64,000 nt of DNA from a virus (Duplodnaviria; Caudoviricetes): the IMG/VR virus record IMGVR_UViG_3300027757_000725, positions 32,001-96,000 of that record. The stretch is one strand, 5' to 3'. The notes below the pieces were generated by a model. The model had not been told where the DNA came from, made no database searches, and was given only the letters and a program-made list of their open reading frames with translations. The position numbers and the translations under genes were made by a program. Shown piece after piece: positions 28,785 through 38,084 of this stretch (position 1 is its first letter; each line of letters opens with the position of its first letter).

Positions 28785-29483
28785 ATGATACCATTATTTA
28801 AAACTCATTACAGTATAGGTAAGTCAATACTTACGGCTGAATCTATTTTGAACATAGCTAAAGATAATAACTTAAAAGAAGTTGTTGTTGTTGAGGATTC
28901 TTTCTATGGATTTAGATCTTTAAACAAGACATTTAAAGAAGAAAATATAAAATTCATTTTTGGGATTAGACTGCCCGTTGTTCAGAATCATAACGATTCT
29001 GAATCCAGACCAAGTAAGCTTATATTTTTTGCTAAAAACAACAACGGTGTCAAAAAAATAAAAAAGCTCTATACAGACGCTTTTACAAGCGATTATAAAT
29101 CAGTGTCTATTTCAGATTATGATATTGATTTTTTTAAAGACGTTAAAGTTTCTGTTCCTTTTTATGATTCTTACATTTATGAAAACCTATTTCATTTTGG
29201 TATGTCTTCTATAGATTTGTCTTCAATAGATCATTCATTTTTCGTAGAAGATAACGACCACCCGTTTGACTTTCAAATAAAAAGAGCTATAGAAGGCTTA
29301 AGTGAGAATACCTTAAAGGTTAAGAGTATTTACTATGAGAAAAAAGAGGATTTCCATGCCTTTCAGATGTACAAGTCAGTTTGTTCTCGCAAGCAAGGTA
29401 GACCACCCACTTTTAGTAATCCAAATATAAATCACTTTTGTTCAGAAGAGTTTTGTTGGGAGTCTTACTTAGAAAGAAATTAA
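28785..29483 (+). CDS. Stand-alone PHP domain of DNA polymerase III alpha (degenerate metal sites)
   Basis: THYSIGKSIL, IKFIFGIRL, LIFFAKNNNG..IKKL match the DnaE N-terminus. Confidence 0.8.
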   Translation: MIPLFKTHYSIGKSILTAESILNIAKDNNLKEVVVVEDSFYGFRSLNKTFKEENIKFIFGIRLPVVQNHNDSESRPSKLIFFAKNNNGVKKIKKLYTDAFTSDYKSVSISDYDIDFFKDVKVSVPFYDSYIYENLFHFGMSSIDLSSIDHSFFVEDNDHPFDFQIKRAIEGLSENTLKVKSIYYEKKEDFHAFQMYKSVCSRKQGRPPTFSNPNINHFCSEEFCWESYLERN

Positions 29484-29484
29484 A

Positions 29485-30129
29485 ATGAAGAAAGTAGCTT
29501 TTGTTGGTCACTGCCATTGCTTTGGTTTTGCTTACTATTTTAGTAAGCTATTTCCAGATGTTGAGGTTGCTTGCATCTTACCTAAAATTTACAGAAAAGA
29601 TAAATGGTATAGCTTTGTGCCAAAATCTTTGCTAATAGAAAATTTAATAATAGAAGATTTTCATGAAGCAACTCGCTATTTAAAAGATTGTGACCATGTA
29701 TTTACTGCGAATATAGGAGAGCCAGAATGTTCTCTTTACACAACTGATATAATTAGAGATTACTTAAATAAAAATGCAAAACTAATAATAATTACTGGCA
29801 TTATGTGGAATAAATCTGACACAATTAGGAAACTACGTCTTTTGGAACACTCTGCTAAATTTAAAAATAGAAATATTCACATGTCAGAACAAATCGATTT
29901 TGATTCTTTTTTTGGTTTGTGGAACATTGTTAATAAATTTCCAAGAAGTAAGATTATGCAGGACTATGACGAAAGTTTAAACCCAACCTCAAGTTGGTGT
30001 ACGCCCTTGTTTTATTTAGAATCATTGAGAGAGTTTTGTCAAGTCTACAACAAGCCGTTTTTTGACCAAGAGACTTATAATTCCTTGGTTGACAATATCT
30101 TTCCATACAACCATAAGTGTTTAAATTAG
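29485..30129 (+). CDS. Hypothetical protein, WcbI-like polysaccharide biosynthesis protein
   Basis: KVAFVGHCH resembles the WcbI xxxxGNCQ start; weak. Confidence 0.4.
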   Translation: MKKVAFVGHCHCFGFAYYFSKLFPDVEVACILPKIYRKDKWYSFVPKSLLIENLIIEDFHEATRYLKDCDHVFTANIGEPECSLYTTDIIRDYLNKNAKLIIITGIMWNKSDTIRKLRLLEHSAKFKNRNIHMSEQIDFDSFFGLWNIVNKFPRSKIMQDYDESLNPTSSWCTPLFYLESLREFCQVYNKPFFDQETYNSLVDNIFPYNHKCLN

Positions 30130-30205
30130 TAAAAAACCGTGGTTAATTTTTATACATAATGTCTCTTGACTTAATGTATTTTCTTGCTATTATTTGGTTA
30201 GCAAG

Positions 30206-30820
30206 ATGCTTAAATACAATCAAAAATATATAGTATTCGATACTGAAACAGAAGGTCTAAACTTACACTCTTCCAAGCCTTGGCAGGTCGCTTGGATAGT
30301 ATGTCAAGGTGAAAGGGTAATCGAAACACACAACAGGTTTGTTGATTTTCCAGATTTAGATGTTCCAGATATAGTAAAAAAACTAACAGGTTTTTCTTGG
30401 TCGACTTATAATGAAAAAAAGGAACCGCTGGAAGATGTTTGGTCTGATTTTAAAAGCTACCTTTATGATCCTCAATATAAGATAGTTGGTCAGAACTTAT
30501 TAGGTTTTGATGTCTACATGGTCTCTGAAATGCAAAGAATACTGGGTGAAAAACCAGATTACTCTTATATGGAAAGAATTTATGACACTCGTCCTTTAGG
30601 TAAGGCTTATAGAGAAAACATAGACAAACCTAAAGGAGACATGCTTAGTTGGCAATATAAAATGATGCATGATAGAAGCTTAAAAGCCAAAGTTTCACAA
30701 CTACAATTACTCAAGTTTTTCGACATCGATTTTGATGAAGCGAAGCTTCATGACGCTCTTTATGATATACAAATGTGCTACAAGGTTTTTTCTTCAATAA
30801 AGAAAGGAATGAATTTATGA
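30206..30820 (+). CDS. dnaQ: DEDDh 3'-5' exonuclease (Pol III epsilon-like)
   Basis: Likely ATG at 30206; FDTETEG; GQNLLGFD; HDALYD. Confidence 0.88.
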   Translation: MLKYNQKYIVFDTETEGLNLHSSKPWQVAWIVCQGERVIETHNRFVDFPDLDVPDIVKKLTGFSWSTYNEKKEPLEDVWSDFKSYLYDPQYKIVGQNLLGFDVYMVSEMQRILGEKPDYSYMERIYDTRPLGKAYRENIDKPKGDMLSWQYKMMHDRSLKAKVSQLQLLKFFDIDFDEAKLHDALYDIQMCYKVFSSIKKGMNL

Positions 30821-33381
30821 TTTTTGATGATTTTTCTGATTATGACGACTGTGAGCCAGCTGGGGTTGAACTCCCGCACACTCCAGTAGATAGCAAGGTT
30901 TTAGCTGGTTTGGGATTAAGTGATGACAGCTCAAACAAAGAAATAATGTTCGAACTTGCTCGCAAAGGTCTTCGTGATAAAGGTATTAGTAAATTCGATA
31001 ATAAAAAGGTTTACTACGATAGAACTAAAAAGGAGTTAGAGACCCTTGATGAATTAGGATTTACAGACTACATACTTTTAAATTGGGACATCTTAAATTA
31101 TTGCCATGATAATGACATACCAGTTGGTGCTGGTAGGGGTAGTGCTGCTGGTTCCTTAGTTTTATTCTTATTGGGTGTAACCAACATCGACCCAATACCT
31201 CATGATTTATTTTTTGAAAGATTTGTTTCCAAAAGTAGAGCAAAGAAAGTTTTTGACAAGCGTGGCAAAGAATTTCTAGTGGGTAGTTTGCTTCCAGATG
31301 TTGACTCAGATATATCTTACGAAAAAAGACAACAGGTAATTAACTATATCGAAAAAGTTCACAAAGGTAAAACGGCAAAAATATTAACATTCAATACATT
31401 CAGTTCTAAGCTCTGTATAAGAGAATGCGTAAAATATTTTAATAACGCCAAAGAAGAGGAGGCTGGTAGAATCAGCGACATGATTCCGAAGATGCACGGC
31501 AAAGTTTCACTCCTTAAGGATGCCAGAGAGGAGAACCAAAAGTTTATGGAGTGGTCTGTTGACCACCGAGAAACTTTCGAAAACGCTTTAAAGATTCAAG
31601 GTTTAAATAAAAACTCTGGAGTTCATCCGTCTGGTATTGCCATATGTTCTCAAAGCATAGGCGATGTTGTTCCCCTACAGAAAACAAAAGACGGAGATTT
31701 AGTTACAGCTTATGACATGAACGATGTAGCGGACCTGATGGTAAAGTTTGATATTTTAGGACTAAGAACTTTGACAATTGCTCATAAAGCTTGCGAAAAA
31801 ATAGGTATAAATTTTGAAGACGTAGATGAGAATGATAGCTCAATTTATGAAACACTTCAAAATTTCAATTATCCAGTTGGTCTTTTTCAAATTTCTGCAG
31901 AAACTAACTTCAGGGTTTGTCAGCAAGTCAAGCCCTGCAACTTAGACGAATTATCTGATGTTGTAGCTCTTGCAAGACCAGGGGCCTTACAATTCACTGA
32001 TGATTATATTAACCAAAAACATTCGCCAACAGAGCTAAACCTACACGACGAACTAGACAAGATATTATCTTGGTCTAAAAATGTTATACTTTATCAGGAG
32101 CAGTTGATGCAAATCGCCAACAAAGTGTTTGGTTTGACTTTAGATGAGGCTGAAACTCTTCGCAGGATAGTCGGAAAAAAGAAAGCTGACCAAATGGCTG
32201 AGTGGAAAGATAGGGTTTACGAGTCTGGTGCTAATAATGGTATTAGCGATGCTATTTGTGATTTTTATTGGGGAGCCTTACAGGCTTCGGCTGATTATTC
32301 TTTTAATAAGTCTCATAGTTTTGCTTATGCTAACTTAGCTGCTAAAACAGTTTATTTAAAATATAATTATCCAAAAGAGTTTTTCTTGAGTGTTCTTGAG
32401 TGCTCTGAGTTCGAACCCGAACCCCTTAATACAATAAATGATGTTAACGAAGAACTATCTTCATTTGGTATTAAATTACTTCCACCAAGTTTATTTAAGT
32501 CTGGTATAAATTTTCAAATTGAAGGTAAAAATATCCGTTATGGTTTGAATAGCATAAAGGGGATATCTCAAAAAGCTTTAGAAAGCCTTGTTGACTTTAG
32601 AGGTTGTGAATTTAATAATAAGTATGAAGTTTTTTCTGCTGCCAAACAATGTAAAATAAACATATCAGTATTGTCAGCCCTAATTCAAGCTGGAACAATG
32701 GAAGAAGAACGAAGTAGTCGGAGTAGATTAGTTCTTGAAGCTCAGGCTTTTAATTTACTTACAGACAGAGAGAAAAGAAATTTTGTTAAAATAGGTGATC
32801 GATTTGGTTACGATATTTTAAATTCAATATCAGAAGTGGTTACTAAATTAGTTGTTGGAGATGACAATAGACCAATAATGTCCGAGAAAAGATTTGGGAC
32901 ATTTAAAAGCAAGTTTTTAAAATATAGAGTTATATATAATGAAAACACAAAACATGAAAAGTTTACAAACTGGTGGTATGAAAATAGCTTGTTGGGTTAT
33001 TCTTATTCTTATTCTTTAAGAGAATGCTTTGAAGACGATTACGGCATGCTTAATTCCTTGAGAGATGCTTCTGATTTATCAAATACAGATAATTTTAAAT
33101 GTGTATGTCAGGTTAAAGATTTTTTTGTTAGGATATCATTGAGTGGTAATAAATACATGATAGTTGATGTTTCTGACAACACAGCATCAACAAAACTTTT
33201 ATTGATGGATAATTCCAGAGAAGATAAGTTGACAAACTTTTTAGAACATAGTAAGCTCAAGAAAGACGATATTGTAGTTGTTAACGCCACCAAAAGCGAT
33301 GGAGATTCTAGCTTCATAAACACAATTAAAATAATTGACACTAAAATACTAATGAAACTTAGAGACATAAAAAAGAAATGA
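30817..33381 (+). CDS. dnaE: DNA polymerase III alpha catalytic core lacking the PHP domain
   Basis: Likely start MIFDDF at 30817 (ATGA overlap); GRGSAAGSLV; FERF; PDVDSD; KFDILGL; YQEQLM; FNKSHS; C-terminal OB fold. Confidence 0.93.
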   Translation: MIFDDFSDYDDCEPAGVELPHTPVDSKVLAGLGLSDDSSNKEIMFELARKGLRDKGISKFDNKKVYYDRTKKELETLDELGFTDYILLNWDILNYCHDNDIPVGAGRGSAAGSLVLFLLGVTNIDPIPHDLFFERFVSKSRAKKVFDKRGKEFLVGSLLPDVDSDISYEKRQQVINYIEKVHKGKTAKILTFNTFSSKLCIRECVKYFNNAKEEEAGRISDMIPKMHGKVSLLKDAREENQKFMEWSVDHRETFENALKIQGLNKNSGVHPSGIAICSQSIGDVVPLQKTKDGDLVTAYDMNDVADLMVKFDILGLRTLTIAHKACEKIGINFEDVDENDSSIYETLQNFNYPVGLFQISAETNFRVCQQVKPCNLDELSDVVALARPGALQFTDDYINQKHSPTELNLHDELDKILSWSKNVILYQEQLMQIANKVFGLTLDEAETLRRIVGKKKADQMAEWKDRVYESGANNGISDAICDFYWGALQASADYSFNKSHSFAYANLAAKTVYLKYNYPKEFFLSVLECSEFEPEPLNTINDVNEELSSFGIKLLPPSLFKSGINFQIEGKNIRYGLNSIKGISQKALESLVDFRGCEFNNKYEVFSAAKQCKINISVLSALIQAGTMEEERSSRSRLVLEAQAFNLLTDREKRNFVKIGDRFGYDILNSISEVVTKLVVGDDNRPIMSEKRFGTFKSKFLKYRVIYNENTKHEKFTNWWYENSLLGYSYSYSLRECFEDDYGMLNSLRDASDLSNTDNFKCVCQVKDFFVRISLSGNKYMIVDVSDNTASTKLLLMDNSREDKLTNFLEHSKLKKDDIVVVNATKSDGDSSFINTIKIIDTKILMKLRDIKKK

Positions 33382-35588
33382 ATATAAACGCCTTTACTCC
33401 TCAGATACAATCCGTTCTGCAAGAAGCTGAGAATACCGCAATAAAAATGCATCGTCACTGTGTTGATATGGACTTATTTTTTGATAACTTCTTAGACAAT
33501 TTAAGTTTGTCTTGTCAGAATATACTCGAAGACAACAATTTAAAACAATCTTTATATAATGCAAGTGATGAGGTCATTTCCAAGAAAAAGAAAACAAAGA
33601 ATTGTTCATCTAATCACTGCAAAGACTTGGTACAATTTTTTAACAACTGTTGCGAATCAGCAAGTGAAATGTTTGGTCTTGACTATGTTCCCCCAGAAAT
33701 TGTTTTTCTTAATTTTTTAGATATAGACTTAGCCCCCAAAGCTGTAAGTTCTGTAATATTAAAAGATAAAGATTTAGTTGATAAATTAATAACAGAAATA
33801 ACATTTTCTTTAAGCGATGTTGATATATCTATGCTCTCATTACTTGAAGAGGAGATAAGTAATAGTTTGCTAACTGCAAATAACGAATCGAAAAAACTAG
33901 AAATGTTTAAAGATAATGAAGTGCTTTCTCAATTTGCAGAAAACTTAAACATAAAAGCTTCCAATAATAAATTTGATAAAATTGTTGATTTTGATGATAA
34001 AATTTCAGAAATAGCTACTATATTATGTAGGAAAAAGAAGCCTAATGTAATTTTAGTTGGCACCGCTGGAACTGGTAAAACATCTTTAGTGGAGGGTCTT
34101 GTAAATAAAATAGTTAATGGAGAAGCCCCAGAGCTTCTTTCTGATAAAGTTATTTATTCCGTAAGTTTGTCTAGCATGGTTGCAGGAACAACCTATAGAG
34201 GGCAGTTCGAGCAACGTCTAGAAGAATTCGTCAATGAAGCTAAAAAATATGATAACGTTGTATTATTTATAGACGAGATTCATACCCTTGTTGGTGCAGG
34301 TGGTTCTGGGGGCTCTAACGAGTCTCTCGAGGCTTCTAACATATTAAAGCCAGAATTAGCAAGGGGTACTATTAGTTGCATTGGAGCTACTACAATAAAA
34401 GAGTATAACGCTACTATTAAAAAGGATAGCGCCTTAGACAGGAGATTTGAAAGAGTTATAGTGAGAGAACCTTCTAAATTTCAAATGAAAAAAATATTAC
34501 CAACAATAATGTCTCACTACGAAGATTTCCATAATGTTAAGTACTCTACCGAGTTTACTGAAAATGTTATAGAATATTGTGAAAAATTCAGCCCCAACAA
34601 GCACTATCCAGATAAAGCTGTTGATGTTGTTGACCACTGTGGAGCTCAAGCTAAGGTTTCTTATTTTGGATTAATCTCGGAAAAAAATAACGATGTTCCT
34701 TTGGTCGAGCTTAATCATCTATCATCTTTCTTCTCTAGAAAAGAAAGCCCTTTATCAGATATTTCGCGTTTAGACGAAATGTTTTTTGATTTAGGTAAAA
34801 AATTTGCTGGTCACAATAAATTAATAAACCAATTAAAAGAAAAAATAATAATTTCAAATTACAATATAAGTTCAAATGGTCTTAGCCCTAGCGTTTTTTG
34901 TATTAACGGAGGAGCGAAAAGAGGAAAAACACATCTTATGTCGACTTTCAAAGAAAACTTTGAGCGTTCTGGGGCTAACGTATTAAAATATAATGGAATT
35001 CATTTTTCAGACCCCTATTCAATTAATAAAATAGTATCAGTCGAAAATGGAGCTTCTTCATTGTGTCAAAAAATATTAATGTATCCTAATAGTATTATCA
35101 TTATTGATGACTTTGATTGTATACACCAATCATCTTTGGCTTTGTTTGCTCAGATATTTAAAGATGGCAAACTAGAACTCGAAAACGGAGATTGTGCAGA
35201 CTTTTCTCATTGCCGTTTCTTTATAACAAGCAAAATACTTTCTGAGAACAAACTTGGCTTTGGTAGTTCCGAAGAAAACCAAAAGTCAGCCATAATACCA
35301 GAGCTTGCATCCAAGTTCAGCGCCAACCTCTTTCTTCATGGTTTGAATGAGAAAGCTCTTCGCAGAGTCTTGTGGAACAAACTCAACAGAATAAAAAGTG
35401 GTCTATCAGTAAAGAGTGTTGACCTTGATTTTAATTTTGATTTTATTAAAAAATTTACAAGAGCCCAATCTAAAAGCAAACCAAAAATTGAGAGCTTGTC
35501 TGAATCCTTTGATTCCAAGATTAACAAATATGTTCAAAACAGGCTAATTAAGGGTGACAAAAAAATAAAGCTAAAAAACATCAAATAA
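33378..35588 (+). CDS. ClpA/ClpC-like AAA+ ATPase with degenerate second AAA module
   Basis: GTAGTGKT, FIDEIHTLVGAG, GATT, ALDRRF, PDKAVD; second module GGAKRGKT/IIDDFD; LGF loop. Confidence 0.88.
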   Translation: MNINAFTPQIQSVLQEAENTAIKMHRHCVDMDLFFDNFLDNLSLSCQNILEDNNLKQSLYNASDEVISKKKKTKNCSSNHCKDLVQFFNNCCESASEMFGLDYVPPEIVFLNFLDIDLAPKAVSSVILKDKDLVDKLITEITFSLSDVDISMLSLLEEEISNSLLTANNESKKLEMFKDNEVLSQFAENLNIKASNNKFDKIVDFDDKISEIATILCRKKKPNVILVGTAGTGKTSLVEGLVNKIVNGEAPELLSDKVIYSVSLSSMVAGTTYRGQFEQRLEEFVNEAKKYDNVVLFIDEIHTLVGAGGSGGSNESLEASNILKPELARGTISCIGATTIKEYNATIKKDSALDRRFERVIVREPSKFQMKKILPTIMSHYEDFHNVKYSTEFTENVIEYCEKFSPNKHYPDKAVDVVDHCGAQAKVSYFGLISEKNNDVPLVELNHLSSFFSRKESPLSDISRLDEMFFDLGKKFAGHNKLINQLKEKIIISNYNISSNGLSPSVFCINGGAKRGKTHLMSTFKENFERSGANVLKYNGIHFSDPYSINKIVSVENGASSLCQKILMYPNSIIIIDDFDCIHQSSLALFAQIFKDGKLELENGDCADFSHCRFFITSKILSENKLGFGSSEENQKSAIIPELASKFSANLFLHGLNEKALRRVLWNKLNRIKSGLSVKSVDLDFNFDFIKKFTRAQSKSKPKIESLSESFDSKINKYVQNRLIKGDKKIKLKNIK

Positions 35589-35592
35589 GTCA

Positions 35593-35621
35593 TTGACAAA
35601 TATACCATTTCAGACTATAAT
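35593..35621 (+). promoter_or_regulatory. Perfect TTGACA-17-TATAAT promoter, leaderless for 35629
   Basis: ATG 7 nt after TATAAT. Confidence 0.8.
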
Positions 35622-35628
35622 GACATTT

Positions 35629-35838
35629 ATGAAAGCAACAACAAAACAACAACGTTCCGCCCTCAAATCAATCACCAATTCAAAAGGTCGTTTTTTCGGG
35701 CTGTATACAAACCAAGGTAGTGTTCATAACGCCCAGTTTATTGGGCAAACGGATAACTACATTACAGTTTATGATCGCAACCTAGGTCGTAATATCAAGC
35801 TAGCTAAGACTAGTGTTAAGTCTGTTAATATTGGGTAG
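35629..35838 (+). CDS. Small basic hypothetical protein
   Basis: Start MKATTKQ inferred from promoter position. Confidence 0.7.
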   Translation: MKATTKQQRSALKSITNSKGRFFGLYTNQGSVHNAQFIGQTDNYITVYDRNLGRNIKLAKTSVKSVNIG

Positions 35839-35840
35839 AC

Positions 35841-35999
35841 ATGAGCGGCAGAAGATCTAAATATCTAAGAAAAATTCTTGGCATTGAAATCAATGACACT
35901 AACTCAATTTCTAGACGAGTTTATCGTAGAGTTAAAAAGAAATATACAAAACTAAACAAAAACGAAAAATCAAAATTCAAAATTAAAGATTATGTTTGA
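35841..35999 (+). CDS. 52-aa highly basic hypothetical protein (absent from ORF track)
   Basis: MSGRRSKYLRKILGIEINDTNSISRRVYRRVKKKYTKLNKNEKSKFKIKDYV; fills the gap exactly and overlaps the next start. Confidence 0.7.
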   Translation: MSGRRSKYLRKILGIEINDTNSISRRVYRRVKKKYTKLNKNEKSKFKIKDYV

Positions 36000-36222
36000 C
36001 GAAGAAACAACAACACAACCAGCTGAAAAAAAAGCTGAAAACAAATGGACCGAGCGTGAGCTTGGAGCGCTTTGGCGAGTAGACGGAAAAAACCAGTCTT
36101 TTTATTCTGGCAATATCAAGGTAAACGGAGATGAGTACAAGATTGTATGCTTCCCTAATAAACACAAGGAGGAGGGTTCTAATCAGCCAGATATTCGGAT
36201 CTACAAAAGTGAAGAACAATAA
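35992..36222 (+). CDS. DUF736-like small protein
   Basis: ELGALW...FYSG...N..K...QPDIRIY. Confidence 0.65.
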   Translation: MFDEETTTQPAEKKAENKWTERELGALWRVDGKNQSFYSGNIKVNGDEYKIVCFPNKHKEEGSNQPDIRIYKSEEQ

Positions 36223-36230
36223 AACGAGTT

Positions 36231-36452
36231 ATGTCAGAAGAAAAAGATATTGAAAACGAAAAAGTCGAAGAGCTTAAAGCTAAGATACACGAAGGTTTAG
36301 TAGCTTCTCTTTCTTTTGCTGAAGTCGTTCAAGTAATGAATGGTATGCTGGTAAAGGAATCTCAACAAAGGGTTGAGAACATGTCTGAAGATGAATTGAG
36401 CCAAGCTATTAGCGAGCTCGAACAGACTGCATCAGAAAATACTACTGCTTAA
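36231..36452 (+). CDS. Small acidic hypothetical protein
   Basis: ORF in operon context. Confidence 0.65.
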   Translation: MSEEKDIENEKVEELKAKIHEGLVASLSFAEVVQVMNGMLVKESQQRVENMSEDELSQAISELEQTASENTTA

Positions 36453-36458
36453 TTAAAC

Positions 36459-36495
36459 AAAAAGCCCCCAAGCAACAATTCTTGGGGGCTTTTTT
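36459..36495 (+). terminator. Intrinsic (potentially bidirectional) terminator
   Basis: AAAAAGCCCCCAAG-8 nt loop-CTTGGGGGCTTTTT. Confidence 0.9.
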
Positions 36496-36519
36496 AAAAA
36501 ACAGGTGTAATAATTTCAA

Positions 36520-37485
36520 ATGGAATACGATTTTTCAAAACAAGCAAGAGATTTTTTAGAAACTCAATCAGCTAAAAGATCTGGTCCTAAAAGCTCATCA
36601 CAAACTGCTTCTAAACCTAGCGAGAAAAAAAGTGGCTCAGATAAAAACGAAAAAGGAAGCGCTGGTAAAAAAGGCGAGAAGATAACTTTTTCTGAAAAAG
36701 TCGAACAGTCTTTGAAAAACAAAGTCAAAGAGCATAACGATAAGCAATCTAAAAAAGTAACCCTATCTCAATTAAAAAAGATTTACAGAAGAGGTGCTGG
36801 GGCATTTAGTTCTAGTCACAGACCAAATAAAACTAGAGGTCAGTGGGCTATGGCTAGGGTTAATATGTTTTTGAAAATGATGAAAGGAGATAAGGTTAAA
36901 GACTCTTATCGTAAAGCAGATCAAGATGTGGCTAAAGCTAGTGAAGACTATTATGTTGAGAAGGAGGGCGAGGCATTTATCTTCTTTGAAGAGATAGATT
37001 TTGCTCTTGCTCGTTTAGACTTAGTTAGAGTTGATGCTTTGGAAGAATCAAACTCAGAAGCAGAGGACTTAGAATATTCTGAAGCTGAAAAGAAAACTTT
37101 AAACAAACCTTTCAGACTTAAAGGTGGAAAGAAAAAGTTTGGAGTTTATGTTAAAAATCCTAAAACAGGTAATATAATAATGGTTAAATTTGGCGACCCA
37201 AATATGGAAATCAAAAGAGACAACCCTGATCGTCGTCGCAGCTTTAGGGCTAGACATAAGTGTGATACAGCTAAGGATAAAACATCTCCTCGTTATTGGT
37301 CTTGTAAAATGTGGAGCAAAAAGCCCGTGAATAAATCTGTATCTTCTGAAGCTCTTGAGTGGGATGAAGAAGAGGTGTTAAGTGAGTGGGGCTGGGATGA
37401 GTCATCTGTTATAGAAAACGAAGACTATTTCAAAGGCTACGATCACTTAAAAGACTGTAAGGTAGTTGAAGACCTAGAATTTTAA
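36520..37485 (+). CDS. Conserved phage protein with two basic domains (possible internal head protein)
   Basis: RRGAGAF..SHRP...QWAMARVN and KFGDPNM.IKRD...RRSFRARHKC...YWSCKMW motifs familiar from large phages; GTGTAA 9 nt upstream. Confidence 0.6.
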   Translation: MEYDFSKQARDFLETQSAKRSGPKSSSQTASKPSEKKSGSDKNEKGSAGKKGEKITFSEKVEQSLKNKVKEHNDKQSKKVTLSQLKKIYRRGAGAFSSSHRPNKTRGQWAMARVNMFLKMMKGDKVKDSYRKADQDVAKASEDYYVEKEGEAFIFFEEIDFALARLDLVRVDALEESNSEAEDLEYSEAEKKTLNKPFRLKGGKKKFGVYVKNPKTGNIIMVKFGDPNMEIKRDNPDRRRSFRARHKCDTAKDKTSPRYWSCKMWSKKPVNKSVSSEALEWDEEEVLSEWGWDESSVIENEDYFKGYDHLKDCKVVEDLEF

Positions 37486-37491
37486 TTTTTC

Positions 37492-37677
37492 ATGAGTAAA
37501 TTTGTAAAACCAAAGATTAGTTCTCACATTAAAGAGGGTAAGCCTTGCTATAAAGCTTCTTATTCAGATGATAATGGTGATGTATATGAACTTTATTCTA
37601 ATTCAGCCGATAACGCAATAAGAGATTGGTTTTCTAAGTTTGGAAGACTGCTCAACGTTGAAAAACAAAAGGGCTGA
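37492..37677 (+). CDS. Hypothetical protein
   Basis: ORF in operon context. Confidence 0.55.
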   Translation: MSKFVKPKISSHIKEGKPCYKASYSDDNGDVYELYSNSADNAIRDWFSKFGRLLNVEKQKG

Positions 37678-37713
37678 TGTTAATTTTATTTTAAACCCGT
37701 GCGGTTTATTTTG

Positions 37714-37742
37714 TTGACAATTCTAAAAATTCTTCATATAAT
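37714..37742 (+). promoter_or_regulatory. Perfect TTGACA-17-TATAAT promoter, leaderless for 37749
   Basis: ATG 6 nt after TATAAT. Confidence 0.8.
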
Positions 37743-37748
37743 ACCAAT

Positions 37749-38051
37749 ATGATGAATTCATACGAGACCATTAATATTAAAATAAGCATTGATGATATTT
37801 TCGAATATGCAGTTGGCAATTCCGTTTTTTGCCCTATAGAGAGACAAATAGATTCTGAGAGGTACGCCACTTACGACCCTTTTATTTACGACTCTATTGA
37901 AAAGAGAATGATAGATCAGGACCCTTTTTATAAATATTTTTCTGAGCAAGTTTCCAAACTAAGGAGCTTATCTAGCGATATGAGTGCAGAGGAAGTTTAT
38001 AGAGTCTGCGAAGAACTAGAGGAAATCGCACCGAGAACAATAAAACTTTAA
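37749..38051 (+). CDS. Hypothetical protein
   Basis: ORF with its own promoter. Confidence 0.7.
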   Translation: MMNSYETINIKISIDDIFEYAVGNSVFCPIERQIDSERYATYDPFIYDSIEKRMIDQDPFYKYFSEQVSKLRSLSSDMSAEEVYRVCEELEEIAPRTIKL

Positions 38052-38084
38052 TTTCTTTATTGAACCTGCGGATCTATTATAACC

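Noticed and set aside
28785-33381. Split intein or intron in dnaE
   Set aside because: No C/S-starting intein N-fragment, no terminal HN motif, no homing endonuclease; intervening genes are ordinary ORFs.
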